From positions 223,455-287,454 of the forward strand of contig NW_014577061.1 of assembly GCF_000485595.1 (NCBI RefSeq): a stretch of 64,000 nt of DNA, given 5' to 3'. Numbering within the stretch: the stretch's first letter is position 1; the number at the start of each line of letters is the position of its first letter. The notes below the pieces were generated by a model. The model saw nothing but the letters and a program-made list of their open reading frames with translations, made no database searches and was not told where the DNA came from. The position numbers and the translations under genes are program-made. The DNA comes from Priapulus caudatus (lineage: Eukaryota). Below are positions 1-14,609 of this stretch, one piece after another.

Positions 1-178
1 CACTCACTCACTCACTCACTCACTCACTCACTCACTCACTCACTCACTCACTCACTCACTCACTCACTCACTCACTCACTCACTCACTCACTCACTCACT
101 CACTCACTCACTCACTCACTCACTCACTCACTCACTCACTCACTCACTCACTCACTCACTCACTCACTCACTCACTCA
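1..178. repeat. (CACT)n tetranucleotide microsatellite
   Basis: Uninterrupted CACT repeats from the window start. Confidence 0.98.
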
Positions 179-1647
179 TTCTCCCCTCCTCTTTCACTTT
201 CGCTTCCTATTTCCTCTTTCTGCCTCTCGTGTCTTCTCCATGCGACTTTTCCTTGCCTCACCTATCCGCGTGCTCAACGACTCGGCAATTTTACATTCAA
301 ATGATGCTACTGTTTTGACGTATGAATGTTTCAACGGTTCTTCCCCTGTGGATAAGCACACATGCGTGACGAATCCAGTGCTTTGTTTCTCAGTGTATTC
401 TCTCGCCGGGAAAGCGCACGCCGCACTGCCTTATACCACCGCACGTCGAGATTTGAATTTTTTTCTGTCATTTACATGAAAAGCGGGAAAAATATCATGA
501 GTGAAAGCTTGTTATATGAGCGGCAACTGATGCATCAAAATCATTTGCGCAGTTCTCGACTATTGTTAAAAATCAATGAATGGAAACGCGTAGGTATCGC
601 GAATGTGTCTTGCTTTCGTCAGTCATTAAACACTAGACGGAAAAACAATAGCCAAGTTCGCATCTCGATAAGCATGGTGCATTGAATGACATTTTGGTTT
701 TCAAAGGCACACACGTACGCACACACACACGCGCGCGGGCGCACGCGCACGCCTCCACGCACACACTACACAAATACACTAGCAATCTACATTGTTTATG
801 TATAATCATAATTGCGAGCACAAACACAATAATGTTTGCTTCGCAACCTTCCAAATTTGTACAACCCGTTTTTATATCTCACAATATCTACGTACACAGT
901 AATACCGAAATACAGTAATACAATGTCAACCTGGCATGTTTTAATTTTAAGGAAACGTAAGGTGTTACGAAGTTGTTGTTTTTTAAGTAGTAACAGGTTG
1001 TGAAAATCATCGCGGATAATGCGATGTTCTGATAACTTTTCGATTATTGGGAGATTATTCTTGGAAGGTTATTTTGCAATCCGATGATAAATCTTAAACA
1101 ATGAAAGCGAGAATTAAATAACACATCATATAACTCGATCCGGCGGTTCTCAGCAAGTTGTTTGGAGTTCTTTAGTAAATGTTTTCAATGTAGCGTGCGC
1201 AATTTAGAATCCACGAGTATTATACGGCAGAGAAAAATGGATTCGTAACTGCTATATAGCTGAGCTCGTTACCAATTTACCGTGCGTAGTCCAAAAAATG
1301 GTATTTAGCACAGTTTATAAATGACTGCAAGAACAGTGCTCGCCGTTTCTACACTTATATATCTACACGTCTATACACCTTACACTATGCTTGTAGTATC
1401 TATATAAGTATAACTAATAAAGATGAATGTGCAGGCTCGCGGGCACGCATATAGCATGCACAAAGCATATTGATTGAGGAGGAAGCGTTGTCGCCTGCTA
1501 CACGCATGAGAATTGACGCAGCCTGGAGTGCATGCAGGAATTGACATCGACAGTAGGGCAGCTAAAATCTATAAAGTATTTTTGAGACTGATTACAGATA
1601 GGCTGCCTACCTACTGGCAGATAGGTATATAGCGCTGTATACACGCA

Positions 1648-1649
1648 CG

Positions 1650-1716
<67 letters not shown>

Positions 1717-1782
1717 CGCGTGGTTGTGGGGTGTGTGTGTGTGTATGTGTGTGTGGTGTGTGTGCGTGTGTGTGTGGTGTGT

Positions 1783-1815
<33 letters not shown>

Positions 1816-1837
1816 TGTGCGTGTGTGCGTGCGGGTG

Positions 1838-1868
<31 letters not shown>

Positions 1869-1944
1869 TCGTGCGTGTGGTGGATCGGCTGAGAANNNNN
1901 NNNNNNNNNNNNNNNNNNNNACACACACACAACACACACACACA

Positions 1945-1986
<42 letters not shown>

Positions 1987-2070
1987 CAACACACAGCGCG
2001 CGGCGCGGCGCATACATCCACACACACACGCATACATCCACACACACACGCATACATCCACACACACACA
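1648..2070. repeat. (CA)n/(GT)n microsatellite complex around a 25-N gap (1896-1920)
   Basis: Visible dinucleotide tracts in both orientations and an N run. Confidence 0.95.
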
Positions 2071-2278
2071 TGCGCATACAGTGCCATGTAGCATAGTTTT
2101 TTTTACCGCTGTCGCCGTAACATCCGTTTCAACGCATGTGTGCACATACATATAAAACACAAATTATTCATCGAAATCGGTCGCCTTGCATGCGATACCG
2201 TTTACAGTGAGACTAAATATAAACTCGGATTTGTTAGTTCGTCAACCGGTTTGAATATGTGTCGGATTTGTGTATGAT

Positions 2279-2391
2279 CAAGAGTCCACAATAGAAATTC
2301 TCTATTCTTCTATTCTTCTAATATGGATCTATTTCTATATTCTATTCTTCTATTCTTCTATAATTCTCTATTTTTCTATTATGGACTCTTG
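2279..2391. mobile_element. Small TIR element (CAAGAGTCCA...TGGACTCTTG) with internal (TCTATTCT)n
   Basis: 10-bp perfect terminal inverted repeat; 7-bp flanks GTATGAT / ATATGAT (6/7 identical). Confidence 0.6.
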
Positions 2392-2542
2392 ATATGATGA
2401 ATAAAAATCACCTTGTAATGGATTTCCGACCGATTTTCAAACCCTCAAAAAAGACGTACGTTAAACCCAGTAACGTGTAAGCTATGTTATTTTTCAACTA
2501 TATGCATTACACATAGGCACAGCGCGGCGCTTGCTACGCGTA

Positions 2543-2610
2543 GCTCTAGAACTATAGCCATTCGCTCTGCCACATGCCTGTAGCAGAGCGAAGAGCTATA
2601 GTTCTAGAGC
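2543..2610. repeat. 68-bp imperfect hairpin (palindromic MITE-like)
   Basis: GCTCTAGAACTATAGC...GCTATAGTTCTAGAGC outer arms plus inner TTCGCTCTGC/GCAGAGCGAA arms. Confidence 0.75.
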
Positions 2611-5600
2611 AATCCCTCCCTCTTTCTCTAACATGTGTCACCAACGCTGCGGCTATTATTAAGTAATTAAGCCTCGCATTGACGCATGCCAGACGCGAGC
2701 CCCGCGTCAAAACACTTCGCCTCGCGAGCGTTATCGGATAAGCACGCCGAAGTCGGCCACCACCAGCGTCACGTGCTTAGGATCCGTGTTCGGGAGCGAT
2801 ATAGCAGTGCTTCTGTTTGCCCCCACAGCGGCACGTGTCCCGTATTCACGGTCTGCCGCTTCCGCACAGGAAGACATGACGAGTCCGGGGTGGGGTGGGG
2901 TGCGCGTGTGCGTGTGTGTGTGTGTGTGTGTTGGTTGTGTGTGCGAGTGTGTGTGCGTGTGTGTGTGCCCTGTGTGTGCGTGTTAGTGTGCGGTGTGTGG
3001 TGGCGCCGCCCGTGTGTTGGAGGGGGGTGGGGTGCGGGGAGCCGTGTGTATTTCGAATCCGTAGAGAATTGATGGAACAGTTGGCGATTGTTGTGCATAG
3101 CTAGTGCCTCTTGCCTGCCTGAGTTAAAAACGCGATGTGTGGTGCATGGTAGTGTGGTGTGTGGTGTGTGCTGTGTGTGTGGACCTTCTGTGTGTCGTGT
3201 GTGTGTGTTGCTATGTGTGTTGTTTGATTTCGGTGTGTTCTGTGCGGTGATGTGTGTGTGTGTGTGTGTGTTGTGCGTGCGTTGACATAACTGGAGCGGC
3301 TGGATGAACACGATATGACTTTAGGATGGATGGACGCAATAGGAAAGGAAATAACCGGAGCGAAATGTTACTGTTGTGGCAGAGATTCCAAGGCTTATTA
3401 GTCTGGGCTAGTTAAACATGGGCTGACGGAAGTGGCGGTATGGTATTGCCACAACACTCAGCTGGGTTGAAGAAGCTACACGTGTATGTGCAGAAGACGG
3501 GGAGGAAGTCGCATTTGTAATCTGGAGCCATTGTGAATAGTTGGCGTGACGTCATGGTTTAATCAGAAAGAGCCCACGGGCTGATAATTGGGGATGATAT
3601 AGGAGGTATGGGCCAGAAGTAAAATGTCATTATATTCAAAATAAACATCGAATGAGTGGAGGTTTTGTAAAGTAAATAACTTATGATATCAAATCTTGTT
3701 CCATTGGGGGGGGGGCATCTAGCATTTCTTTTAAAACACAGCTAAGGGCATTGCCTCGCTACGAGTCACATGCAAACTAAATTTAGTTAAGTAAATATTG
3801 CTAAAGCAAAAGCAAATGTTATGATAGAATTTTTTTATTTTAAATGCAAATAGCGCTGTTGTGTGCTCCCGAACACGGCCTCCCTTGGCAATGAGTTATG
3901 TTCGTACTAATACGCAATTTTAGATTGTGTATTGTGTTATGAACGTCGGTGGAGTATACTGACTTAATGTTGCATTAGAATGCAAAACAGGCACAAAACG
4001 AAAACTGGAAAATGTGGGTAATGCCTTCGCCGTATAGTTTCAGTATGACGAAAAATTTGGGGGAAACAAGAGAGAAAGTGAGTGTTTGGAATCCATATGC
4101 TGCTTTCTGCGCGCATTTGCCTTCCTTTTTATATCGGCATCCCTAATAAACATGTAATGATGTAACTCGTTAGCAATCCCGTTTTTATGTCGTTGGAAAT
4201 ATCAGTGGTTATAGGTTAGTGTTTGTGTTAAAGTAAGACAGCGATATGATGTACTAGGCGCAGCTGCACGTCGTAATGAAGAGACTTGCAGACAAAATAC
4301 TTAAAAACTTTAATACTGTAATTAAAAATGAAACTAACTCTGATCGAAACATAGAACATTAATATGCCTTTTAGCTTCTTCGGTATATTACGTCTATAGT
4401 ATCACATGCTACGACCGACAAGAAGTGGAGTCGCGTGAGTTGGTATCATCTCTCTTACGTAATTGTCGGAAGAAAATGATTTATTTCGGATGGCCAAATC
4501 CATTTATACTTGTACTTCATTAGTATACTAGTTCCAAGTACTTCATTAGATCACAGGATGGAAGAGGCGTTCCTGCAAAAACCCCGTCGTGTGCCAGCAT
4601 GGGTGGTTTAATTAAGGCAGCACTTGATGTGTGCGATGCCGTCACGTGAAGCAATTTCGCTGCTGGTAAGCAATTTCCTTTGCTAGCCATGATGTCTCAA
4701 GAAACACAAACTGTTGTCGTAAAATTGTTACCATTTCTTCCCCCATGTCATAATGGGGTTCCTTTAGTGTAAGCAATGAACAGTTTTTCGATACATATAA
4801 TGCTACCAGTTTAACAGTACGGATATCAGCGGAATAAAAAGATCATCAGAAAACGTAAAACTGAAATTTGGAACTGATCCTTGTCAAATTTGGGTTTATT
4901 TCGACCCATTTCCGGGGACAATTACGACAGATTTTTGACTTTTAAAACGAGTCCTGTAGAATTTCTAGCCGTTTTTTAGATCTAGAGGTTTTTTCAAATA
5001 GTAGCAAAAATTTGTAGATTTTGAAACAAAATTAGCTTTTAGGATTGTTTTAAGTAAAGAGAGATTCGTCAAAGCCAGTAAATGGCACTTACGATCATAA
5101 TATCAGTATAATTAATAAAATTGAGTAGAGGCCATTAGTCGATTTTTAATAAGAGCAAGTTATAAGAAACTCTATTCACGGAAGTTTTACTTAGAAAGTT
5201 GACGGACGTATCCGTTTGGTGTAATGCCTCCGTGTCATAATATAAGTTCAAAAATTTCCGACGAACACCAACACACAGAATTCCGGCGGGTAGCGTGTTC
5301 TGTAAATACGTGATTATGTTGCTAAACGAGTGTCGACAAAGTGGTGGCTACGTGTCAATCTTTATATGACGCAGTTGCTTTTCTCGTAAAAGTGTTTGTT
5401 TATAGCCGATGTTATTTACAATTAATTCAAACAGCAAGGTCATTATGTAGTGCCGCCAAGCAAGTTCGTCGTTAGTTAATTATTAATTGTTACCATTGTT
5501 TTTATAGTCTTTTAATAATCAATCTGCATGCGTTTGTTTAGAATGACTGCGTCGTGCATGTAGTAGATGATAACTAACGTCTCGTATTTGCTCGCATCAA

Positions 5601-6854
5601 CTGAGGATACTTCATCAATTATTTCTTGCCAAGTAGCCGGTGTATTTTTTTGAATGCCTGCTTGTCAGTAGATCTGGTAGGTATCTCAGGTCATTCGCCT
5701 GTGAGGATTAACTCTTCACAATCTCCCGTAACAGCGCAGGCCGCTGCCTTGCCGTAGTTGCCATTGATTTATTACTCTTCCAATTCTAAGAGCGGTTCCC
5801 AACACACCTTTTTTCTCATGTACATCTCCAGGTCTTCTCTGGTATACGGATATTTGGCAAACGCGTGCCATATGCATGTCGCACACGCTCGTGTATGTAG
5901 GTGTATCTATTTCCCACGAATTCCGATGGTTTTCTGATAACCGCGTGTGAATACTGAGGAAGAGTGGCGCTCGATTGTTTATAGGAATACGCGATGAACA
6001 CAGATATCAATTTCATTCGATATCGAAAAAAGTTAAATATCTTTAAAAACATTAGAAACCTTAAATACATTAAATACCTTAAAATATCTTAAAAAGTTAT
6101 ATGCCTTGACGAGCATATGTGTGTAGCGTTCGACGTGTATAGTAGCGACCCACCTTCCCGTGGCAGAGCAGATTTGGTTTCAGGCGCAAGTAAAAAGTCC
6201 GCACGAGTTCACACATTGTGTAGTAACTCACCGTCTGGCTTCTGAGAGCGGTAGCGTGGTAGGTCGCTAAGAGCGTTATTCTACCCCACCCTGCATTTAT
6301 AATGTCAATACATTATTCATAATTATATATTGTTAATAGAGTTATTATCCATATTTTATTTAGGGTATAAGAGAAAGAAAGTGCTACGTTAAAGCTTGAA
6401 TAATTTACAGCATGATAAGAAATTGTTCAATAATCTGCTTGCTGAATCAGTTTAATAAATATTATCTTATTATCTAGCACATATGTGTGTGTGCATGTGC
6501 ATGCGTGCGTGCGCGCGTGTATATGTTTTATATACACGTGTGTTATATGCGGATGGGTATTATGGGGTCTTGTCAATATCTACTTTGGGTTAATTGGTAC
6601 GGAAGCTGACCCGTTTTCATATCGAACCCTTTCTCTTTTTTTCTGAACGGCAATAAAGCCGACCAAGTTTATTTTACAGAGGATTGGGTCGTATGAAAAA
6701 GTCTAATTAATATATGGAAAGATATTATTCCTAAATTAACCTCGTTTACTTTGATAGGTCATTCAATATGAGTAGATGTTTAATATTTGGCTACATGGCT
6801 AAATTAGCAATAATAACAGCTTTTTTGTCGCGAGAACTCTATGCAATACGAATT

Positions 6855-7791
6855 CCTTCTCCTCCTCCCTCCCTCCTCCTCCTCCTCTCCTCCCTCCTGC
6901 CTCCTCCTCCTCCTCCCTTCCTCCCTCTCTCTTCGTCTTCTTCTTTTTCTCTCTCTCTTCTCTTTCTCATCTCATTCTCCCTCTCTAATTTCACCAACCC
7001 GAGCCCGCGGGCTCACTCGCGCGCGCAACACTCCACGCACACGCACACTTCTCTCTCTCTCTCTCTCTCTCTGGCCCGGCAACCCTGCTCTCTTTCTCTC
7101 CTCTCATCTCTCTTTCTCTGTCTCTTTCTCTCTCTTTTCCTCGCTTTTTCTGCCCTCTCCCCATCTCTACCTTTCTTTGAACGCTTCTCTCTCTGCTCTG
7201 CTCTCTAACTCCTCCTCTGCATCACCGCTCTTAGCGCCCGCTTCTCTCGCCCCTGCCCTCCTCTCTCTCTCTCGTGAGTGATTTAGTTGTTACAACGGCT
7301 TTATAATTGCTTCTTTGAGAATAATTTTTGTGGATGCGCTGTAAAGGGGGCATTGTTGGCACTGGAGATGGGCACATTTCCGCTGATTAGAGCCCGGCCT
7401 GCTGTAATGGCTTCCAGCTTTCTGTGGATCAGGGATAAGAGCGGTAATCGTCATACAAGTTTGGCCTTTTTTACAAACGCTTGCTATTTTTACGCTCTTC
7501 TCTGCCCCGCTTCTCTGCTCTCTCTCTCATCTCTTCGCGGAGAGGAGAAATTCCAACCTCTCTCTCTCTAATCTCTCATGCTCTCTCTCTTCTCTTCTCT
7601 CTCTCTCTTTCTTCTCTCTCTCTCCGCCTCTCTCTTCTCGATCTCAGAGACGAGAGTGTCTTTCTTTCTCTCTCTCATCATCTCGCGTGAGTGTGTGCGT
7701 ATGCGTGGTGTGTGTGGTGTGTGTGCTGTGTGTGTGTGCTGTGTGTGTGTGTGCTGTGCGTGTGGCGCGTTGTGTACTGTGTGTAGTGTTG

Positions 7792-7822
<31 letters not shown>

Positions 7823-7970
7823 TGTGCGTGTGCGCGTGTTTACGTGTGTACGTGTGCGCACGTGTACGTGTGTACGTGTGCGCACGTGTAAGTGTGTACG
7901 TGTGCGCACGTGTACGTGTGTACGTGTGCGCACGTGTGCGTACGTGTACGTGTGTACGTGTGCGTGCGTG
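6855..7970. repeat. CT-rich low-complexity tracts, then GT-rich tract and TGTACGTGTGCGCACG-type minisatellite
   Basis: Direct inspection. Confidence 0.9.
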
Positions 7971-9048
7971 TGAGTGAGGAGTGCGTGCGTACGTGTGTGC
8001 GTCTGTGCTGGAGTCATCACACTCCCGGCGCTTGCCTCGCGTCTCTGTTTAATTTCAACCCACGCCCCTGCTTATAGGCGACACAGCACAGCGGGATACC
8101 CTTGCCGATCATGCGCGTCCGTGCGTCCGAATCTGGAAGTGCAGCTCGCTCGTGGGCACCCATCCCTGTGACGCCTACTCTTCTACCCACGTGCTGGCCG
8201 AAGTGCAGTAGCGATCATACACGCTGCGATGATACATTCGCTCGTCAATATTCACCGTACTCCACACCTACGACTAATACGAGAAAGGCAGGAAGCTGGC
8301 GAACAGAGATAGTGCATATGAGCGAACTAGTCGGGTTGTGTGAAATTCGCTTTGTAACCGCGCACATTCGTGTATATATGCGTCTATATCCGTAATACGC
8401 GTATATATGCGTGTATATATGCGTATATATCCGTACGTTGGTGCGTAAGTGCGTGCGTAAATGCGTAAGTGCGTGCGTGCGTAAATGCGTAAGTGCGTGC
8501 GTGCGTATGTTCGTGCGTGCGTGCGTGCGTGAACGTGTGAGCGCGCGTCTTTGCGAGCCAGCAAGTATGTTTATCGTAAACGCAGCAGTGTATATAACAG
8601 GGAGTTTATATCCGATTTCGGAGCGCACGGTTATGGTGTTGACTTATATTTATTTTGTTAGATTCGTGCGCGTGGATCGCGCGTTTCGACGCGGCCCTGG
8701 CGGTGCCGTATCAATTCAGTAGATCCGCTGATCAATAGATTATATAATTGCGTCCGATGTTATCGTCAACATTTCGGCGCACGACGGCGCGTCTGCGGCA
8801 GTCGCGGCGCTCGTCTGCCGAGTTTAACCTATTTCTGCCGAATATAGTTCTGACATAGCGCAGGACACTCGTCACCGGCAACGATTTTGGCGTGGGCGCA
8901 TTTTGGGAATTTTAGCTCCGCCGTGCTGGCACGGAAGCCTCGGTGTTTACGAAGCTCGGGGGTTAGCGGCTGTGCGTAGCAGCAGCAGCAGCAGCACCAG
9001 CAGCCGCCGCAGCCGCAGCCGCAGCCGCAGCCGCACTGGGAGGCAGCG

Positions 9049-9096
9049 ATGCGAGACCGCCAGTGCGCATGTGTGTTTCTCATCAGGCAGTGTGCT
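9049..9096 (+). CDS. Candidate first coding exon of the STAC-like gene (MRDRQCACVFLIRQCA)
   Basis: ATG at 9049 after a CpG-rich stretch with (CAG)n/(CAGCCG)n. Strong GTAAGT donor at 9097 in phase 0, matching the phase-0 acceptor at 13614. No homology support. Confidence 0.3.
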
Positions 9097-11918
9097 GTAA
9101 GTCGCCGCCATATTAATTACAACAGCGGTAGCATGCGCGTGATTCATACATACACAGTGGTCGTTTGAAGTTACCCCGTGTGAACACATGCACTCACTCA
9201 CACGCTCACGCAGGCACGTACACACGCACGCACGCAGACACGCACGCAGGCACGCGTCTTTAGTGCATGTATCACACGCGCAACTGTTAGCTTTCTTTGT
9301 GGATCGTTGCCGAAATGGTCCTTCACTATAATTCTTCACTATACGTAATGCTGGGGACGCGATCATCAATAATAAGTCTGATTTTGTTTCTCTGATAGCC
9401 TGATTTAGTTTCCATAGCCTGGTTTGTGATAAAGCTGGGGATGTGATGGTCATCTGGGATACCATCGTGAAACAGATATTTACGCGCAATCTAGCTTGCT
9501 AGGGATTTTACGGTGTCTTGCGACTAGCGTTGTAGGCTGTCGTGATATATCGGCTTCGATCTGAAAGCTTGGAATCGGATGTCGATTCGACGATCCCTAG
9601 TTCAGTATACAGACTCCGTTTTCGTTGACATACAAACATCGAAAGCCTAGATGAAGGTCTGCACAATATTCAGAATTACACGGGAAACAGAATTAATCAG
9701 ATTTTAGTTATGGCGACTACATCCGAGTGCAGTAAACCCTTAGCTCCAGTTTTATACGGGTGATACGGGAAAGCTATACTTACTAACTATTTATACTCGG
9801 AATGAACGTTCTCCCAACCCAACGTACGCAGCTAGCTAATAGCGGGATTAAACAAATACATGAGTGAAAAATATAGACGCTAGCTTTTTGTTTTAATAAT
9901 TTATATATACAATGGCTACTTTTCTTTGGTTTTTGTTGCTGATGACTGTATCGCAGATGTAAAATGTCAACGGCCGCTGCTTACGCAAATCGAACTTTAT
10001 AAACTATCGAAATGTATGTTATCGCCTCTGGATTTGACTCGCGAAAATTTCCAGAGGCGCATAGTTATCGAGGAAGTGTACGTCGGAACGTCGGCGTTCG
10101 ACGGAAGTGTAGAACGCGGAAGTGTACGTCGAAACGTCGGAGTTCGAAGAAAGTGTAGAAGTGTACGTCGTTCGGCTCACGGTTTCCTTGGCATCATGGC
10201 GGTTTCCCTCTCGGCTTCCTCTCGATTCGCTCAGACACTCCCTCACACGTCTACACGTACAAGCGCGCCGCTTGCATATACCCCTTCCGCCGTTTATGAC
10301 TCATTCCAGCCTATTTGCTGGAATGTTTTTGGACTGTCGTAACCCTGCATGGTTCTGGGAAATCTAGTAAATTTTACCCCGCGTGTGTTTGTGCGTACGT
10401 GTGTTCGTGAGTGCGTGCCAGGGTGCGTGCGTGTATTCGCGTGTGCGTACGTGCGAGCGTGCGTGTGTGCGTGCGTACGTGTGGACGTGTGTGTGGTGTC
10501 TTTGAGCCTGTGCGTGTCGCTGTGTGTTGAGTGTGTGCATGATCGTATGATCAAGAGCTAATAATACCTATTATTGTTAGTTCTTGATCGTGTGCATGTA
10601 CGCGGAATTCGACGTGCATTGGTTGTATTTGTAAAATGGTCGGGTTTTCACGAGCACGTTCTAGCCATGTGAGGAGAAGAGAACTACTACTTATCGCTGC
10701 GGCTAACGCTAAAATGAAAACGCCATTTCAGAGAGACCACTAGCGATAACCAACGAAGTTTGTTAGAATAGCAACGACAGCACATCAAAATCATCTCTAT
10801 CGACTTTGGGGGAATTTATTTTACAGATGCTCCCGAGAGCCCAGGCGCCATTGAGAGCCATATTTCTCCTCTTGCTAATGTCATATAAGCCCTAACACTG
10901 CGATGAAGGACATATGAGATGATGCCTCATTTACGGCATGTCAGATATGCATCAACGTGAAGGGATTCGCTGCCGCCCGAACTTGAGTTGTATATCGAAC
11001 GTTAAGCGAACAACACGTGTACTCGTAATTCCCTCGGAAATGGCGTCTTTCGTGCGGCGCGGTTACGCAATTATTTTTAGCGTTGTATTACATGCATGCA
11101 GCTGCTGCCGCGTGTATATATGCGTTTATAATTAAAGGCGTCGTGTGTTGTTGCCTGATGGGGTTGTTCACGCAGAGATCCATATACTACTTAGTCTCTA
11201 TAATTATCTACGAATTTAGACCACCGTTGACCGCAGCCGAAGTGGAAAGCCCTCCCGGGTTAACTAGAGCGATAGACGGGCACCGTTATAGTGGCGTGTC
11301 CATCCTCGCAACTCACTTCCTATCTCGAAAGCAACTGGTTTGTTCGTCTATGAATTAGGGCTGATGGCACTCTGTTGTAAACAGCCGAACTGATACACAA
11401 CTGTCTCTCTCTCCAATAATAGCCGCTACGCGCGCTCATCGGAAACTAGTTTCCCGCTCCCATTTCACGCCGAGTCAATATATAGGCAATGCTGGACAGA
11501 GATCCCTCTGCAGATAAATAGCGAGTTTACTCAGACGCGAGGTGGGTGTCGTTCTTGCTCCTTGCGAGCGGTTTTTGTTCGCCGATAAGTGAAACCGACG
11601 ATATATTTCCCGCTGAAGTGCGCACAGCCGAGTCGCGATGAAATTGCCGAGCATTGTAAGTGCATTCGTTTGTTCGCTGTAGTTTCTCAATCCGCCAGCG
11701 AAACAATTTCGCATCTTGAGCCATCAGGGTATATATTGTTATGTCCGTATATATCAGGGTTATGTCCCCGCTGCCGCCTAGCATTAAAGTTACTCGCCTT
11801 CAGAAAGTGATTAAATCAGCCTAGCTCGCGCTATACTATTTTCAATGGCGTTTCGGGATTTCATCTTTTCGTTTGCCACTTATATAGCTACTGCTAGCGG
11901 AACTTTCGGTGAACGAAT

Positions 11919-12190
11919 GGCGCGCGTGTGCCTGCATACGTGCGTGCGCGCGTGTGCCTGCATACGTACGTGCGCGCGTGTGCCTGCATACGTGCGTGCG
12001 CGCGTGTGCCTGCATACGTACCGTGGAGCGCGTGTGCCTGCATACGTGCGTGCTGCGCGTGTTGCCTGCATACCGTGCGTGCGCGCGTGTGCCTGTTATA
12101 CGCACGTGGCGCGTGCTGCCTGCATACCGTGCGCGGCGCGCGTGGGCCTGCCATACGTGCGTGCGCGGTGTGCCTGCATACGACGTGCGC
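11919..12190. repeat. CpG-rich minisatellite, ~26-bp unit GCGCGCGTGTGCCTGCATACGTGCGT
   Basis: About ten degenerate tandem copies of TGCCTGCATAC-containing units. Confidence 0.9.
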
Positions 12191-13475
12191 GTCGTTGCTG
12201 CAACGAATGCGACCACAGTGCACGACAAGCGGTGTGTGTGCATGACGTGCCTGCGCGCGCGTGTGTGCATAGCGTGCCTGCGCGCACATCGTGTGCAGTG
12301 CGTGCTGTGTGCGTGCGTGGCGGCGTCTTACGTGCGCATGCGTGCGTGTACACGCACACAGCGGCTTGCCAGATCATGACCGCGCGTTCGCAACATCATG
12401 GCATTTTCTGAACTGCGGAACTTCCAGAACTGCGATGCTCAAGGAATTTAGGTTTTAGTGTTCAACATTCAGCTCAGCTGCTGATGAGCTGGGTCAAGAT
12501 CATGCACATGCTCCCCGTCCCCGACTCCAGGCCTTAATTAATATGAAGCAGGGAAATATAAATCAACAGGAAAAGATAATAACAATACATTTACTTAGTT
12601 ATAACCGCAATATCTTTTTCCTTCTCTGTTAGTGGCGCGCGCGCTCATGGGTGTGCGTCGCTCGTGGCCGTGCGCGTCGTGCGTGCGCGTTGTGCGTGTG
12701 CGTGCCGCGTCGCAGCGGCACGTTTGCGTGCGCGGTCGCCGCGCATAGTGCGTACGCGTACGTGCGCGTACGTTGTGCGTGTGTGCGCGCTGCGTGTTGA
12801 GCTTAAGTGCGGCAATCACTTATATATTATCACTGTGTGCCATCGATGAATTCGTGATATTTACGTGATATTGAGGTGCCGTGACGAATGTATATTACAA
12901 ACAGCCAAACATAAGCAGCATCTGCGATGTCTACTCTTCACCCTATATAGCATGCGAAAACCAATTCGTGACATAAAAGAACCGGGAATAATGTGATCCA
13001 TCATCGCAGTGTCATGGATGCGAGCGATTGGCAATGTCATTATCCACGTCTAATGCCGTGGAGAGTTTAAACACGTATTTTACTTTTCCGAGTCGATACT
13101 CTTTTTTACGAGAATGAAGAGCATACATATATGTTGGAACACGATCTTATATACTACTAATACGCGCCAACGCTCTGTTCAGCGTTATTTTCTTTCGAAC
13201 ATTCGTCCAGTATGGTACGCGATGGCTGCTACTAGGTGTAGATCGGTCATACGGCCCCCCTACGGTTCTAACCGCACGTGACTACCGCCACGCGTGGGCC
13301 GTATATTCGCGTATCACCTTATAACCTCTTTCTGCCGTGCGTATATAGATTAAACCGCTGCGGCTGAGGGAAGTTTCACGGCTTCGCGAACGGTTTAAAT
13401 TATGTAGAAGTGCTCCCTTTATCGCCAGGCTGTGCGTGGCCTCCGCCTCTCTCTCTCTCTCTCTCTCTCTCCTCT

Positions 13476-13511
<36 letters not shown>

Positions 13512-13613
13512 TTCTCTTCGCACTCTCCCCCCCCACACACACACTCAACTATATATCCACGCGCCGATCGCATTGTGTAACGCCATCGTGTCTCGGTTCT
13601 TCTCTCTCTGCAG

Positions 13614-13791
13614 CTAGAATTGTTCTCTCAGAAGCACTTTGAGGAGGTGGGCGAAGCAGAGATGGAGCGAAAGCCAACGCAAGGCTCCATCAAGGAGAAA
13701 TGGAAGAAGGCGTTTTCGAGTCTGAAGGGGCACAAGCAACGCATGAGTACGGATAGCAGCAGTAGCGGCGGTGACAGCCAGCAAAACCTCG
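13614..13791 (+). CDS. STAC: STAC-like exon (LELFSQKHFEEVGEAEMERKPTQGSIKEKWKKAFSSLKGHKQRMSTDSSSSGGDSQQNL); in-frame ATG at 13662
   Basis: Pyrimidine tract + CAG acceptor, G|GTGAGT donor in phase 1, non-repetitive open frame; phase fits the next exon. Confidence 0.7.
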
Positions 13792-14537
13792 GTGAGTGCT
13801 TTCCTCGCGACATAGCTCACCATCTATAGTCGGTTATGGAGCACGAAACCGCGGTTACACCCGAGGGTAGTTCAGTCATGGAAACATATGAGGGGTTACA
13901 TTATACCAATAGCTCATAATATATGTATGTACATGTATTATTAGCTCTTGATGCATAGCACAAAACTCTATCTTTTGCTTGGATTGCAACTCAACTTTGA
14001 TCTTCGTGAGATGAAGTATTAACAAGGGCTAGTAATACCATATTAGCTCTAGCTATATATCATATTAGCACTTGATATTAACTGTAGCATAAAACTATAT
14101 CTTTTGCCTTGATTGCCACTCAACGTTGATTTTTGTGAGGCGATGTGGGCGTTATCGAAATCTCTCTGGATTGATATCTCATGTGTACATGTCTTCATCG
14201 ATTGTCCGGGTACTGCTCTCTGAGCTGGGAGTCGAGTAGGGACAAATCGTGTTCGTTCGTCGTCGTTAGTGTATGGTGACACGTGTGTAGTGTTAGGCGG
14301 TGAAATGCCAAGACGGACTGCCACATAAGAAATTTATACGGTTATAGGCGACTCAGCCTTGAAAGTACTCTACGCAGAAGTTTCTCGTAATGTTACAGTA
14401 TACGAAACAAAGCATTGACAAAACTAGTCTATATAAGTATGTAGGGAGAGAGGCGGATTTAAACCTTTGCCACGCACACGCATCGCTCACACGGTTGCGT
14501 GTAAGATTCGAATCCCACGCAATAATCTGTGCGAGTG

Positions 14538-14569
<32 letters not shown>

Positions 14570-14570
14570 A

Positions 14571-14609
<39 letters not shown>

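Noticed and set aside
10827..10890. Possible exon after TTTTACAG (DAPESPGAIESHISPLAN)
   Set aside because: No convincing donor before a stop, and the phase does not fit the neighbouring candidate exons.
11919..12190. CRISPR-like array
   Set aside because: No unique spacers, no cas genes, eukaryotic context; this is a minisatellite.
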